In this document: positions 49,117-59,166 of the stretch, piece after piece
Layout of the letters: every line of letters starts with the position of its first letter
Position numbering within the stretch: the stretch's first letter is position 1
Program-made: the position numbers and the translations under genes
Notes under the pieces: generated by a model
What the model was told of the DNA's origin: nothing
What the model saw: only the letters and a program-made list of their open reading frames with translations
Databases searched by the model: none
NCBI GenBank assembly: GCA_017467905.1
Contig: JAFUKD010000024.1
Coordinates: 25,958 to 89,957 of the forward strand
Length of the DNA: 64,000 nucleotides
DNA from: Phascolarctobacterium sp.
GTDB lineage: Bacteria; Bacillota; Negativicutes; Acidaminococcales; Acidaminococcaceae
Reading direction: 5' to 3'

Positions 49117-51660
49117 TTATTTTACGACAACATCCACGCTTTCACCATTCATAATTACTTCTGCGGTGTCGCCATTTTTAATTTCGCCAGCTACAATTTT
49201 ACGGGCTAACAAATTTTCTACAGTGTGCACAATCAAGCGTTTCAAGGGACGTGCGCCAAAGGCGGGGTCAAAGCCTGCACTCGCAAGGTGGGCAATGGCT
49301 TCGTCAGTTGCAGTAAGCTTGATTTCTAATTGTTTAGCAAGACGTTCTGCCAATTCTTTCAACACCAGTTTAACAATGTCTTTGATTTGTTCCGCTTGCA
49401 AGGGTTTGAATACAACAATATCATCCACGCGGTTCAGAAACTCCGGTCTAAAGAAGTTCATCAGCATTTGCTGTACGTCGTCGCGGTCAATCTTGCCTTG
49501 CTTACGCATAATCTCTGCACTGCCCAGGTTACTGGTCATGATAATCAAGGTGTTTTTGAAATCCACGCTTCTACCCTGGCCGTCAGTCAAGCGACCATCA
49601 TCCAGCACTTGCAAAAGCACGTTGAACACATCTGCATGTGCCTTTTCGATTTCGTCCAAAAGGATTACGCTGTAGGGGTGACGGCGCACTGCTTCCGTCA
49701 GCTGACCACCTTCGTCATAACCAACGTAGCCCGGAGGCGCACCAATAAAACGGGACACAGTATGCTTCTCCATGTATTCACTCATGTCAATGCGCACCAT
49801 ATTGCGTTCATCATCAAAGAGCACCTCTGCCAAGGTCTTCGCCAGTTCAGTTTTACCTACGCCGGTAGGACCAAGGAAGATGAAACTGCCAATAGGACGA
49901 TTGGGGTCTTTAATGCCTGCGCGGGCACGCACTACCGCTTCGCTTACTGCCTTCACTGCTTCGTCCTGACCTACTACGCGTTGGTGGAGGATTTCTTCCA
50001 AGTGCACCAATTTTTCACGTTCGCCACTGCCAAGACGGGAAACAGGAATACCAGTCCAGGTGCTGACAACTTTGGCAATATCTTCTTCGTCAACTTCTTC
50101 TTTCAAAAGCACTTGGTCATTGCCAGCTTCGTCTTTGACGGAAAGGTCTGCCAATTCCTTTTGCAGCTCAGGCAGACGACCGTATTTCAGTTCTGCCAGC
50201 TTGTTCAAATCATAATCGCGTTCCGCTTGTTCCATTTGCTGTTTAACAGCGTCGATTTCTTTTTTAACCTCACGCACGCGGGCGATGGAAGCTTTCTCTC
50301 CGTCCCAACGGGCTACCAATTCGTCATTAGCCTTACGCAATTTCGCAAGCTCTTCTTCAATCTTCGCCAATCTTGCCTTGGATTGCTCGTCTTCTTCCTT
50401 GGTCAAAGCCTGTGCTTCAATTTCTAGCTGCATAATGCGACGTTTGCTCTCGTCAAGCTCCGCAGGCAAGCTGTCAATTTCGGTACGCAGGCGTGCAGCT
50501 GCTTCGTCCACAAGGTCGATAGCTTTATCCGGCAGGAAACGGTCGTTGATGTAGCGGTTGGAAAGCACCGCCGCCGCAACCAGAGCCGCGTCTTTAATGC
50601 GCACGCCATGATGAACTTCATAACGTTCACGCAAGCCACGCAAAATGGAAATGGTATCTTCCACGCCAGGTTGTTTTACCAAAACAGGTTGGAAGCGGCG
50701 CTCCAAAGCACTGTCCTTTTCAATGTACTTGCGGTATTCGTTCAAGGTAGTTGCGCCAATGCAACGCAGTTCGCCACGAGCAAGCATAGGTTTCAAAATA
50801 TTGCCTGCGTCCATACTGCCTTCCGCAGCACCAGCACCTACAACGGTGTGCAGCTCGTCAATGAACATAATAATCTGACCTGCGCTATCGGTAATTGCTT
50901 TCAGAACTTTTTTCAAGCGTTCTTCAAATTCGCCGCGGAACTTTGCCCCTGCCACCAAGGAAGCCAAGTCCAAAGCATACAGGGTTTTATTCTTCAAGTT
51001 TTCGGGAACATCGCCTGCGATAATACGTCTTGCCAAGCCCTCCGCAATGGCAGTCTTGCCAACGCCGGGCTCGCCAATCAGTACGGGGTTATTCTTTTTA
51101 CGACGGCTCAAGATTTCGATAACACGACGAATCTCCTCGTCACGACCGATAACAGGGTCCAGCTTGCCTTCGCGAGCTTTCGCAGTTAAGTCTTGACCGA
51201 ATTTTTCCAAGGTCTTTTTGTTTTCTTCATCGCCTGCACTGTTTTGGTATTGCATGTAGGCAGCCTCTACTTTCTTCTTATCAATACCATATTTTTTGAA
51301 CAGGGCAACCACATCACTGTCACCATCACTAACAATGGTAGCTACCAAATCACCAATGGTAATCGCCGTCTTGCCACCTTGGTTAAGCAGTGCCATTACA
51401 CGGGCAAAAGCGGTACCCATCATCAGTTGACGGTCCTGACCTTTCACCCCTGGAATCTTTTGCACCAAGGCTTTAGCTTCTGCAGTGAAAGCATCTGCGT
51501 TAACGTGCAGAGTTTGCAATAAATATTTAAAAAAGCCATCACTGCCGCACAGGGCTGCTACAACATGGGCAGTGGTTAATTCTTGATGATAGTTCATTAC
51601 AGCTTGTTGCTGTGCTGCTTCTAATATGGATTTTACTTCTTCGGAAAAGTTTTCATTCAT
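49117..51660 (-). CDS. clpB: ATP-dependent chaperone ClpB
   Basis: 847 aa with two AAA+ modules ([18 protein letters not shown]), a long middle coiled coil and the Clp N-domain. Confidence 0.9.
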   Translation of the reverse strand: MNENFSEEVKSILEAAQQQAVMNYHQELTTAHVVAALCGSDGFFKYLLQTLHVNADAFTAEAKALVQKIPGVKGQDRQLMMGTAFARVMALLNQGGKTAITIGDLVATIVSDGDSDVVALFKKYGIDKKKVEAAYMQYQNSAGDEENKKTLEKFGQDLTAKAREGKLDPVIGRDEEIRRVIEILSRRKKNNPVLIGEPGVGKTAIAEGLARRIIAGDVPENLKNKTLYALDLASLVAGAKFRGEFEERLKKVLKAITDSAGQIIMFIDELHTVVGAGAAEGSMDAGNILKPMLARGELRCIGATTLNEYRKYIEKDSALERRFQPVLVKQPGVEDTISILRGLRERYEVHHGVRIKDAALVAAAVLSNRYINDRFLPDKAIDLVDEAAARLRTEIDSLPAELDESKRRIMQLEIEAQALTKEEDEQSKARLAKIEEELAKLRKANDELVARWDGEKASIARVREVKKEIDAVKQQMEQAERDYDLNKLAELKYGRLPELQKELADLSVKDEAGNDQVLLKEEVDEEDIAKVVSTWTGIPVSRLGSGEREKLVHLEEILHQRVVGQDEAVKAVSEAVVRARAGIKDPNRPIGSFIFLGPTGVGKTELAKTLAEVLFDDERNMVRIDMSEYMEKHTVSRFIGAPPGYVGYDEGGQLTEAVRRHPYSVILLDEIEKAHADVFNVLLQVLDDGRLTDGQGRSVDFKNTLIIMTSNLGSAEIMRKQGKIDRDDVQQMLMNFFRPEFLNRVDDIVVFKPLQAEQIKDIVKLVLKELAERLAKQLEIKLTATDEAIAHLASAGFDPAFGARPLKRLIVHTVENLLARKIVAGEIKNGDTAEVIMNGESVDVVVK

Positions 51661-51782
51661 CTGTTGTTCCTCCTAAGAAAATTTTTCTTCAATTATATTC
51701 TCTCATCGCAGGTAAATTTAGATACGCGACGAATAATAACAGGTACAGTATTCTTATCGTATTTTTCACGGAGGTATTTGTT

Positions 51783-52844
51783 ATGAACACATCCATGATA
51801 GTTTATCGCCTTTTTGACGTTGCTGACGAAATAAATCTTGATTTAGTACAAGCACTGTGGACTAGCCGCAATAAAATTGCTTCCCGCTTACGCTTAGATA
51901 GAATTTCCACCAAGTCCATCACCTTCAAGAACCCTCCGGTTTTGGTAGAGCTTGGTAATCACGAAATGGAAATCAACGGCAAAACCTACTTCACAGAAAT
52001 CAAGGCGCGTATCTTTGACATTGGCGTAATCAGCCTCATCATCCGCATTGAATTTGAAGAAGACGTTACTGAAGCAGAGTACCTTGACATGGCAATCGCC
52101 AGCGAAAATATGCCGGAAGAAAAAATCCGCGAATATCTTGACGCCGTACTGGAAACCATTGAACAAGCCTGCACCAAGAAACGTGTCTCTGACTTTGAAG
52201 AAGACTTTGTTGTTTACTACTTCAAGGACACAATGCCCAAGTGGGATATCGTTCCCCTACTTTTAAAGGATAAAACTCCCGTAAGCGAGCAAACCCGTCA
52301 AAGCACTCTTGCCAACTACTTCTCCTATAGTGATGACATTACCTATCTTGCCTGGGACAGTGCTCTTGTTTATGACAAAACAGGCAGCCTTGATATTCCT
52401 GACCTTTTGGAATTTGCCAACGCTCAATTTTTAGAGCTGCGTTATTACGATAACGCCCTTGCCGAAGCTATCGACAGAAGCTACGACGAACTGGAAGAAG
52501 CCAACGTTGCCAACAAAGCAAACCGTGTGGAAGCCTATCGCCGCATCCGCAGTCGCCTCATGGAAATCATGGCAGATATCAGCAATATCATGGGCAATAT
52601 CAACAACGCCCTGCAGGTTACCGAAGATATTTTCTACGCACGCATTTACACTCGTTACTTAGAGCTTTTGAAGGCTACGGTTTGGAAGGATAACATTGAT
52701 TACAAGCTGAACACCATCCAGCGTACCTACACTTTGATGAACGAGGAAGTTTCCAGCTACCGCTTGGAGCGTATGAGCATTACCTCCACCGCCATCTTAG
52801 CCGGTATCCTTCTTATTTCCATTGTAGGATTGTTCTTCAAATAA
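51783..52844 (+). CDS. Hypothetical protein with a C-terminal TM anchor
   Basis: Start set at MNTSMIVYRLFDV after a GGAGG RBS. 353 aa, ending in the hydrophobic TAILAGILLISIVGLFF. Confidence 0.5.
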   Translation: MNTSMIVYRLFDVADEINLDLVQALWTSRNKIASRLRLDRISTKSITFKNPPVLVELGNHEMEINGKTYFTEIKARIFDIGVISLIIRIEFEEDVTEAEYLDMAIASENMPEEKIREYLDAVLETIEQACTKKRVSDFEEDFVVYYFKDTMPKWDIVPLLLKDKTPVSEQTRQSTLANYFSYSDDITYLAWDSALVYDKTGSLDIPDLLEFANAQFLELRYYDNALAEAIDRSYDELEEANVANKANRVEAYRRIRSRLMEIMADISNIMGNINNALQVTEDIFYARIYTRYLELLKATVWKDNIDYKLNTIQRTYTLMNEEVSSYRLERMSITSTAILAGILLISIVGLFFK

Positions 52845-52880
52845 TTGGTGACGATAAAGCGAAAACTATTTGTAATTTTA

Positions 52881-52915
52881 TTGCAGGAGGGCAAAACCTT
52901 CCTGCAATTTTATTA
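52881..52915 (+). terminator. Rho-independent terminator
   Basis: TTGCAGGAGG GCAAAA CCTTCCTGCAA TTTTATT. Confidence 0.55.
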
Positions 52916-53046
52916 TAACAGTGAAAGTCAAAAAGTCAAATAGTTTTATTTGACTTTTTGCTTTTTCTTTACTTATGAAAATTACTGGTGTATCATTGAA
53001 GCAGTAGAAAAACGAAGTACTTCTAAAAATTTCAAGAGGTTTATAT

Positions 53047-53418
53047 ATGACAGCAACAAAACTTCTCCAAGGCTTTGCTATCCTTTTGCTATTGCAATGG
53101 CTTAGCACGGTAATCATCTCCCTTTTGGAAATCCCCTTTCCCCCGCCGCTATTGGGTATGTTAATTTTAACAGCGCTCCTTTGCACGGGAATAATCAAAG
53201 AAAATTATATTGAAGACATTTGCGGAGCGTTGATTGACAAAATGGCTCTGCTCTTTTTGCCAGCGGGCGTAAGCATGATTTTATACCTTGACGTCATCAA
53301 GGCAGAGCTGCTTCCTATTTCCCTGACACTGGTGCTAAGCAGCTTAGTTATTTTAAGCAGCACTGCTCTCGTTTTGGAAATCCTTCTGCGTAAAAAAGAA
53401 AAAGGAGGTCAGCAATGA
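53047..53418 (+). CDS. lrgA: CidA/LrgA-family holin-like membrane protein
   Basis: 123 aa with 4 TM segments. Precedes and overlaps the LrgB-like gene. Confidence 0.7.
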   Translation: MTATKLLQGFAILLLLQWLSTVIISLLEIPFPPPLLGMLILTALLCTGIIKENYIEDICGALIDKMALLFLPAGVSMILYLDVIKAELLPISLTLVLSSLVILSSTALVLEILLRKKEKGGQQ

Positions 53419-54125
53419 TGTTACCGGAACTTTTGCTTAACTCTCCTTTATTTGGCATGGGACTAACCATAATCATTTACTGCGCGTGCGAATTACTGGT
53501 GCGCTATTTAAAGCTGAACATCATTCCGCCCATTGTCTTTGCCTGCCCAGCCATTATTCTCTTTTTGCTTTACGTCCCCAACGTAAGCTACCAGCAGTAC
53601 AAAATTGGCGCAGACTTCATCAATTTCTTGCTTGGTCCCGCCACTATCGCCTTAGCTTTACCCTTGTACCGCAACCGCCACGTCATCAAAGCTAATGCCT
53701 TTAGTATTACCATTGGTATCTTGGTAGCAACTCTTTCCGCAATTTTTAGCGTGTACCTTCTGGGAAAAAGCTTGGGCGCCAGTGAAGCAGTCTTACTTTC
53801 CCTGTTACCTAAATCCGTCACCAACCCTATCGCCTTGGAAATTACCAAGACCATCGGCGGCATCCAACCCTTGACGGCAGCAGTAGTTATCTCTACAGGA
53901 ATGCTTGGTGCCACCATTAACCACAAGCTTCTTAAAATTTTAGGCGTTAAGAATGATTTAGCGGCGGGAATAGCCATTGGTGCTTCCAGTCATGGCATAG
54001 GTACCAGTGTTTGCGCTCACGTTAGCGCTGTCCAGCTGGCAACAGGCGGCGTGTCCATTGCTTTGACTGGTATAGCTACTTCTATTCTAATTCCGTTGCT
54101 GTTACCCATTTTGAAAAACATATAG
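53415..54125 (+). CDS. lrgB: LrgB/CidB-family membrane protein
   Basis: 236 aa, polytopic. Contains LLPKSVTNPIALEI...GG, as in the LrgB family. Confidence 0.75.
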   Translation: MMLPELLLNSPLFGMGLTIIIYCACELLVRYLKLNIIPPIVFACPAIILFLLYVPNVSYQQYKIGADFINFLLGPATIALALPLYRNRHVIKANAFSITIGILVATLSAIFSVYLLGKSLGASEAVLLSLLPKSVTNPIALEITKTIGGIQPLTAAVVISTGMLGATINHKLLKILGVKNDLAAGIAIGASSHGIGTSVCAHVSAVQLATGGVSIALTGIATSILIPLLLPILKNI

Positions 54126-54196
54126 ATTATTTCCTTAGTCTACTACACAATAGCTCCCTCAACGAGGAACCTTATTTGACAACCACATATAAGGCC

Positions 54197-54237
54197 AAAA
54201 AGCACAAGCCTCTAATTTTAGAAGCTTGTGCTTTTTC
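54197..54237 (+). terminator. Rho-independent terminator after lrgB
   Basis: AGCACAAGC...GCTTGTGCT followed by TTTTT. Confidence 0.65.
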
Positions 54238-54263
54238 ATTACGATGTATTATATAAAATTGCT

Positions 54264-54366
54264 ATAAGTGCCGGAAGGCACGAAGCAATGAGGCTTGCGT
54301 AGCGACAGCATAATAATAGTATGTCGAGCAAGCAAACGAATTGCGACAAAGTATAACGGTACTTAT
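54264..54366 (+). repeat. ~103-bp palindromic intergenic repeat, copy A
   Basis: ATAAGTGCCGGAAGGCACGAAGCAATGAGGCTTGCG...GTCGAGCAAGCAAACGAATTGCGACAAAGTATAACGGTACTTAT. Termini ATAAGTGCCG/CGGTACTTAT are inverted repeats. Confidence 0.6.
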
Positions 54367-54373
54367 CGTAATT

Positions 54374-54634
54374 TTATAGATGATGAATTGCGCCACGCAG
54401 TTCCGTAAAAATCACCTGCGCCTTATCAACAGGAATAACCGTACAGGGAAGTGCCCTTAAATCTTCTACACGCCAACCTTGCTTTTGTTCTGCTAATTTT
54501 TCCAAGGCTTCGTCTAAATCAGCAGCAACAACAATGGCGATGGCATCCAAATAGAACTCGCTGTTTACGCAGGGCTCTTCAATCATACTGTGAGAATGGT
54601 AAGTTTTGTTGTGTCTCCAGAGATAGATATTCAT
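54374..54634 (-). CDS. Hypothetical small protein
   Basis: 86-aa ORF flanked by repeat copies A and B. Confidence 0.4.
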   Translation of the reverse strand: MNIYLWRHNKTYHSHSMIEEPCVNSEFYLDAIAIVVAADLDEALEKLAEQKQGWRVEDLRALPCTVIPVDKAQVIFTELRGAIHHL

Positions 54635-54680
54635 TTAAGAGTCACCTCCATTTTTTACTGACAACTTCCTCAAAATCGTT

Positions 54681-54782
54681 AGAAGTGCTGGAAGCCGCGA
54701 AGCAAAAAGGCTTGCGCCGCGACGGGCACTTTACATACGTCAGGCAAGCAAAAGAATTGCGACAAAGCATAATAGCGCTTGT
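54681..54782 (+). repeat. ~102-bp palindromic intergenic repeat, copy B
   Basis: AGAAGTGCTGGAAGCCGCGAAGCAAAAAGGCTTGCG...GTCAGGCAAGCAAAAGAATTGCGACAAAGCATAATAGCGCTTGT, collinear with copy A. Confidence 0.6.
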
Positions 54783-54784
54783 AA

Positions 54785-57145
54785 CTATTTGCTAAAGATT
54801 TCGTTCACATAATTCACTGCGCTCACCGCACTCGGAGCATAACAGTCCGCGCCAATGGATTGAGCATACTCTTCTGTCAGTACTGCGCCGCCAACCACAA
54901 CCTTGCAATCTACTTCCTTACGCAGGGCACGAATGGTCTCTTCCATAGCCGCAACTGTAGTAGTCATTAACGCAGAAAGCCCAACAATTTTAGCACCATG
55001 TTCCTTAGCAGCAGTAACAACAGTTTCTACAGGCACATCCTTACCTAAATCAATAACCCTGTAACCGTAGTTTTCCATTAAAACTTTGACAATGTTCTTG
55101 CCAATATCGTGAATATCGCCGCGAACAGTCGCGATGATTACCTTTTCGCCATTGGCATCGCCACTTCCTCCTACAAAATCACGAATAACATCAAAAGCAG
55201 CCTTCGCCGCATCCGCACTCATCAGGAGCTGGGGCAGGAACAAGGTTTTCTTTTCAAAGCCTGCGCCTACAAAGTCAAGGGCAGGTATCATATATTTATT
55301 GATAACATCCAGCGGTGCCTCGCTTTGCAGGGCTACTGCTGCTGCCTTTTTACTTTCGCCAATCAAGCCTTTAACAATAGCGTCGAAGAGACCCATCTCA
55401 TTTACAATGGTAGCGCTAATTTTAGGAGCATCTGCGTAACGGGAAACATATTCCTTACAGCCATCATCCACACCAGTTAAAGCAAGAAAGCTGTAATACG
55501 CATCCATCATTGCCTTGCTTTGGGGATTGATGATGGCACCGCTTAACCCTGCCTGCATTGCCAAGGTAAAGAACACGCTATTGATAAGCTCTCTGCCAGG
55601 CAAGCCAAAGGAAATATTGGAAACACCCATCACCGTATTGATACCACGTTTGCCCATAGCAGCAATAACTTCACAGGCAACCTTAGCATTTTCGCCGCCA
55701 GTACTAATGGTCAGTGCCAAGGGGTCAACTACAATATTACGGCTTGCAATACCGTACTCCGCAGCTTTAGCAATAATGCTTTCTGCCACAGCGACACGTC
55801 CTGCAATATCTAAGGGGATACCACCTTCATCCAAGCACAGTGCTACTACAACGGCACCGTACTTCTTTACCAAGGGCAGCACCTTTTCCAAGCTCTCTGC
55901 CTTGCCGTTTACAGAATTCAGCATGGGCTTGCCATTGTATAAACGCAGAGCACGCTCCATTGCCTCGTAATTAGAGGTATCTATCTGTAAAGGAGTATCC
56001 GTGATAGCCTGCAGGGCAGGTACTGCCTTGCTAATCACTGCAGCCTCGTCAATACCTGGCATGCCTACGTTAACATCCAAAACATGGCTGCCCGCATTTA
56101 TCTGCTCCAGACCTAAGCGGCAAATATAATCGTAGTCTTCATTTTGCAGTGCTTCCTTCAAACGAGGCTTGCCCGTCGGGTTAATGCGCTCGCCAATAAT
56201 TACAGGCGCTTTGTCAAAAACTACTGCCTTGCCATAGCTGGAAACAGCAGTAATATTACAGGGGCGACTGCCACCTGCGGGCAAGCCCTTACATTTTGTA
56301 ATCATCGCGCCGATATGCTCCGGAGTTGTACCACAGCAGCCACCGGCAACGCTCACGCCTTCTCCAATCAAATCGTACATTAAGTTAGCAAATTCTTCGG
56401 GGCCAACGTCAAAGCAGGTCTTGCCTTCACGTTCTACAGGCAAGCCTGCGTTGGGGTTAAGCACAACTGGCAAGCTGGTAAAGCTTAAAAGCTGGGGCAA
56501 AAGCTTTTGCATTTGGGCGGGGCCAAGTCCACAGTTAAAGCCAATGGCATCTGCTCCCAAGCCTTCCACCATCAGGGCAGCAGCGGCAACGTCGCCACCG
56601 GTCAGGAGCTTGCCGTCAATGTCGAAAGTCATGGTAACCACTACCGGCAAATCACAATTTTCTTTCACCGCCAAAATGGCTGCCTTTGTTTCGTAGGTAT
56701 CGCTCATAGTTTCGATCAGCACTAAATCTGCACCGGCAGCACTGCCTGCCCGCACAATTTCTGCGTAAATATCTACAGCTTCTTCAAAGGGCAGGTCGCC
56801 ATAAGGAGCAAGCAGCTTGCCTGTAGGGCCTAAGTCCAAGGCAACAAAGGTTTTCTCAAAACCGGAGCAAGCTTCCTTGGCATTACGCACACCTGCGGCA
56901 ACCACATCCGCAGTCTTGATATCAGTTCCTACAAATTTCAAACGGTTTGCACCGAAGGTATTAGTCTTTACGATATTAACACCTGCTTTGAGGTAAGCAG
57001 TGTGCACTTCTTTAATTACATCAGCGTGGGTAAAGTTCCAAAGCTCCGGCAGCTCTCCCGGTTTTAAACCACGAGCCTGTAGCATAGTGCCCATGGCACC
57101 ATCAAAGAACAGAAGCTCTTTACCAAGTAGGTCTCTAAAATTCAT
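54785..57145 (-). CDS. metH: Cobalamin-dependent methionine synthase (Hcy-binding, pterin-binding and B12-binding modules, no activation domain)
   Basis: Contains FFDGAMGTMLQ and the GGCCGTTPEHI zinc site, a pterin-binding region and the B12 motif RGDIHDIGKNIV. Start set at the second ATG, 6 nt after the RBS. Confidence 0.85.
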   Translation of the reverse strand: MNFRDLLGKELLFFDGAMGTMLQARGLKPGELPELWNFTHADVIKEVHTAYLKAGVNIVKTNTFGANRLKFVGTDIKTADVVAAGVRNAKEACSGFEKTFVALDLGPTGKLLAPYGDLPFEEAVDIYAEIVRAGSAAGADLVLIETMSDTYETKAAILAVKENCDLPVVVTMTFDIDGKLLTGGDVAAAALMVEGLGADAIGFNCGLGPAQMQKLLPQLLSFTSLPVVLNPNAGLPVEREGKTCFDVGPEEFANLMYDLIGEGVSVAGGCCGTTPEHIGAMITKCKGLPAGGSRPCNITAVSSYGKAVVFDKAPVIIGERINPTGKPRLKEALQNEDYDYICRLGLEQINAGSHVLDVNVGMPGIDEAAVISKAVPALQAITDTPLQIDTSNYEAMERALRLYNGKPMLNSVNGKAESLEKVLPLVKKYGAVVVALCLDEGGIPLDIAGRVAVAESIIAKAAEYGIASRNIVVDPLALTISTGGENAKVACEVIAAMGKRGINTVMGVSNISFGLPGRELINSVFFTLAMQAGLSGAIINPQSKAMMDAYYSFLALTGVDDGCKEYVSRYADAPKISATIVNEMGLFDAIVKGLIGESKKAAAVALQSEAPLDVINKYMIPALDFVGAGFEKKTLFLPQLLMSADAAKAAFDVIRDFVGGSGDANGEKVIIATVRGDIHDIGKNIVKVLMENYGYRVIDLGKDVPVETVVTAAKEHGAKIVGLSALMTTTVAAMEETIRALRKEVDCKVVVGGAVLTEEYAQSIGADCYAPSAVSAVNYVNEIFSK

Positions 57146-57184
57146 ACACATTCTCCTATCTCCAATAAGGCTGTCGAGAAAATA

Positions 57185-57258
57185 CTAGATGCTAGGAAGG
57201 GCGACGAAGGCGTACTGCGAGTACGTCTAGGAGTCCTGACAACGCAGATAGTGTTTTA
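57185..57258 (+). repeat. Shorter degenerate member of the intergenic repeat family, copy C
   Basis: TAGATGCTAGGAAGGGCGACGAAGGCGTACTGCGAGTACGTCTAGGAG...CAGATAGTGTT shares the 5' block and palindromic character with copies A and B. Confidence 0.4.
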
Positions 57259-57882
57259 TCAGCTGCCTTCTCTATATGGACAGCTTGTGTTACCGCATTG
57301 CATACACTTATTCCAAACGCAAGCTACCGATTCCGAAAGTCCAATGACCGCCGTAACCGACTTGCTCGGCGCCATCATCAACCCATCCGTCAACGTCAAG
57401 CCCAGCTTCTTTTCACACTCTAAAATTGCAAACAGCTTGCGTTGCTCCGCCAAATCCCAGTCACCATAACCGGGAGAGAAACGGGGTCTTTGCTTCAAGG
57501 TAGTTTCCACACGCTCCTGCACTTCATCACAATAGCCTTCAATCAGGCAAGCCGCAACTGCTTGTGCCGCCGCGCCTTCGGCTACGCTACCAAGTGCCAA
57601 TCTACGAATGGCAACATCCACCTTACTTCCCAAGGTCGCCGCCAAAAGCAGTACCTCTGCGCAGCCTTCAAGATGCTTTGCCAAGGAGCGTGACGTAAAT
57701 TTTACGCCACAGTCCAAGAGCACACCATCTTCCAGAACAGTGCAAGAATGTTTTTGCAAAACATGGCGCACCTGCACCTCGTTACGCAATTTCAGAAAAA
57801 CTGTATCAACCAAAATGCCAGCCGCTTCATCATTAGCCTGCGCTCTTAAATAGCGCAGGGCTTCGGCTCTGCTGTATCTCAT
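57259..57882 (-). CDS. Stand-alone methionine synthase activation (AdoMet-binding) domain protein
   Basis: 207 aa. RPRFSPGYGDWDLAEQRKLFAILECEKKLGLTLTDGLMMAPSKSVTAVIGLS matches the Met_synt_B12 domain pattern. Has a C-terminal CMQCGNTSC. Confidence 0.65.
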   Translation of the reverse strand: MRYSRAEALRYLRAQANDEAAGILVDTVFLKLRNEVQVRHVLQKHSCTVLEDGVLLDCGVKFTSRSLAKHLEGCAEVLLLAATLGSKVDVAIRRLALGSVAEGAAAQAVAACLIEGYCDEVQERVETTLKQRPRFSPGYGDWDLAEQRKLFAILECEKKLGLTLTDGLMMAPSKSVTAVIGLSESVACVWNKCMQCGNTSCPYREGS

Positions 57883-58733
57883 TTTACAATCTCCGACAGG
57901 TTACGCATAATGCCGCCAATAATTTCAGGACGGTTCATAGTATAAACGTGAATATTTTTGAAACCGTTGGCAATAAGGTCAATAATTTGCCCCGTAGCGT
58001 AGGCAATGCCTGCCTGCTTCAAAGCTTCCGGTTTATCTGCAAATTTTTCTACGATAGCGCGGAACTGAGGCGGCAGTTTGGTACCGCTCAGCTGGCAAAT
58101 ACGATTGATTTGCCCTGCGTTGGTTACAGGCATAATACCGGGAACCACGGGTACATGAATACCTGCGGAAAGCAGACGGAACATATAATTATAGAGAATA
58201 GTATTATCAAAGAACATTTGGGTTACAAGGAAGTCAACCCCTGCGTCAATTTTATATTTAGTATTTTCAATATCTTTATCTAAAGTGCCAGCTTCCGGAT
58301 GTCCTTCGGGATAAGCAGCACCGCCTACGCAAAAGTCACCATTGGCTTTGACAAATTTCGCCAAATCACTGGCATGGGCAAAGCAGCCATCATGAGTGCC
58401 GTCAGGCAAATCGCCACGCAAAGCAAGCACGTTGCTGATGCCATTGTCCTTTAATTGCTGCAACACTTCCAAAATCTTTGCTTCGTCAGATTTAACACAG
58501 GTCAAATGTGCGAGAGAAGGAATACCATTATCCTGTACGCCTTTAGCAATGGCAACGGTATGACCAACGGAGGTTCCCCCTGCACCATAGGTAACGCTCA
58601 TATAGGAAGGCTTTACCAAGGCAATCTTATTAACAATATCCAATGCGTTCTGTAGCTCCGAACCTTGCTTGGGTGGGAACAGCTCGCAGGAAACATTTAT
58701 CTTACTCTGATTTAACACATCTATAATTTTCAT
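57879..58733 (-). CDS. metF: 5,10-methylenetetrahydrofolate reductase
   Basis: MKIIDVLNQSK...SCELFPPK...SVTYGAGG...HLTC...NVLALRGD...YPEGHPE...DFLVTQMFFD. Start set at the internal ATG after an AGAGGGGGA RBS. Confidence 0.85.
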   Translation of the reverse strand: MKIIDVLNQSKINVSCELFPPKQGSELQNALDIVNKIALVKPSYMSVTYGAGGTSVGHTVAIAKGVQDNGIPSLAHLTCVKSDEAKILEVLQQLKDNGISNVLALRGDLPDGTHDGCFAHASDLAKFVKANGDFCVGGAAYPEGHPEAGTLDKDIENTKYKIDAGVDFLVTQMFFDNTILYNYMFRLLSAGIHVPVVPGIMPVTNAGQINRICQLSGTKLPPQFRAIVEKFADKPEALKQAGIAYATGQIIDLIANGFKNIHVYTMNRPEIIGGIMRNLSEIVK

Positions 58734-58849
58734 AACAAGTCCCCCTCTAATAATCAAAATATAGATTATTTTACCAAACATTCTCCCCGCTGTGCAAATT
58801 TAATTATTAAATGAGCAAAGATCAATGTTAGTATGATAAGAATGTTACA

Positions 58850-58886
58850 GAAAACAAAAATCCCACCAACCTTTCAGTTAGCGGGA
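58850..58886 (-). terminator. Rho-independent terminator after tRNA-Ser
   Basis: Minus strand reads CCCGCTAAC TGAAAG GTTGGTGGG (with two G-U pairs) followed by ATTTTTGTTTT. Confidence 0.6.
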
Positions 58887-58897
58887 ATAATTTACTT

Positions 58898-58986
58898 TGG
58901 CGGAGATGGTGGGATTCGAACCCACGGTACCTTGCGGTACAACTGATTTCGAGTCAGGCGCGTTATGACCACTTCGCTACATCTCC
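58898..58986 (-). tRNA. tRNA-Ser (anticodon CGA), class II with a long variable arm and encoded CCA
   Basis: Minus strand reads GGAGATGTAGCGAAGTGGTCATAACGCGCCTGACTCGAAATCAGTTGTACCGCAAGGTACCGTGGGTTCGAATCCCACCATCTCCGCCA. It has a 7-bp acceptor stem, the anticodon loop CTCGAAA and a GGTTCGAATCC T-loop. Confidence 0.85.
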
Positions 58987-59002
58987 ACAGGGCGAATTGG
59001 CT

Positions 59003-59105
59003 ATAAGCACCGTCTTACTTCGTTGTCGTTTCGCTTGTTTGCTCGACGTACGCCAAGTACGCCTTCGCGGCACAAGCTTACTCCGCCTCGTCATACGATA
59101 CTTCT
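59003..59105 (-). repeat. ~103-bp palindromic intergenic repeat, copy D (inverted orientation)
   Basis: Reverse complement AGAAGTATCGTATGACGAGGCGG...GTCGAGCAAACAAGCGAAACGACAACGAAGTAAGACGGTGCTTAT aligns with copies A and B. Confidence 0.55.
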
Positions 59106-59166
59106 ACCCAATTCTTACTTATACAGTTCTAAAAACAATGCTCTTCCATTATAACGTAAAACAACA

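Noticed and set aside
49330-50427. 365-aa plus-strand ORF inside clpB
   Set aside because: It is antisense to a clear ClpB with both AAA+ modules, and its translation has no motifs. This is a typical shadow ORF.
51612-51782. 57-aa N-terminal extension of the 51612..52844 ORF overlapping the clpB start region
   Set aside because: The extension overlaps the divergent clpB 5' end and is hydrophobic junk. The ATG at 51783 follows a GGAGG RBS.
52878-53198. 106-aa minus-strand ORF overlapping the lrgA start and its upstream terminator
   Set aside because: It overlaps a well-supported plus-strand lrgA/lrgB pair and a terminator hairpin. It has no RBS or motifs.
58734-58897. Looked for an S-box (SAM) riboswitch or T-box leader upstream of the metF-metH operon
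   Set aside because: Only about 80 nt lie between the tRNA-Ser terminator and the metF RBS, and none of the conserved S-box or T-box elements are present.
59095-59105. AGAAGTATC at the terminus of intergenic repeat copy D, matching the core of the rlmH att repeat
   Set aside because: The match is 9 nt plus scattered identities beyond it. It belongs to the REP-like family's terminal inverted repeat. I treat it as coincidence, but it is a caveat: the att core resembles a host repeat terminus.
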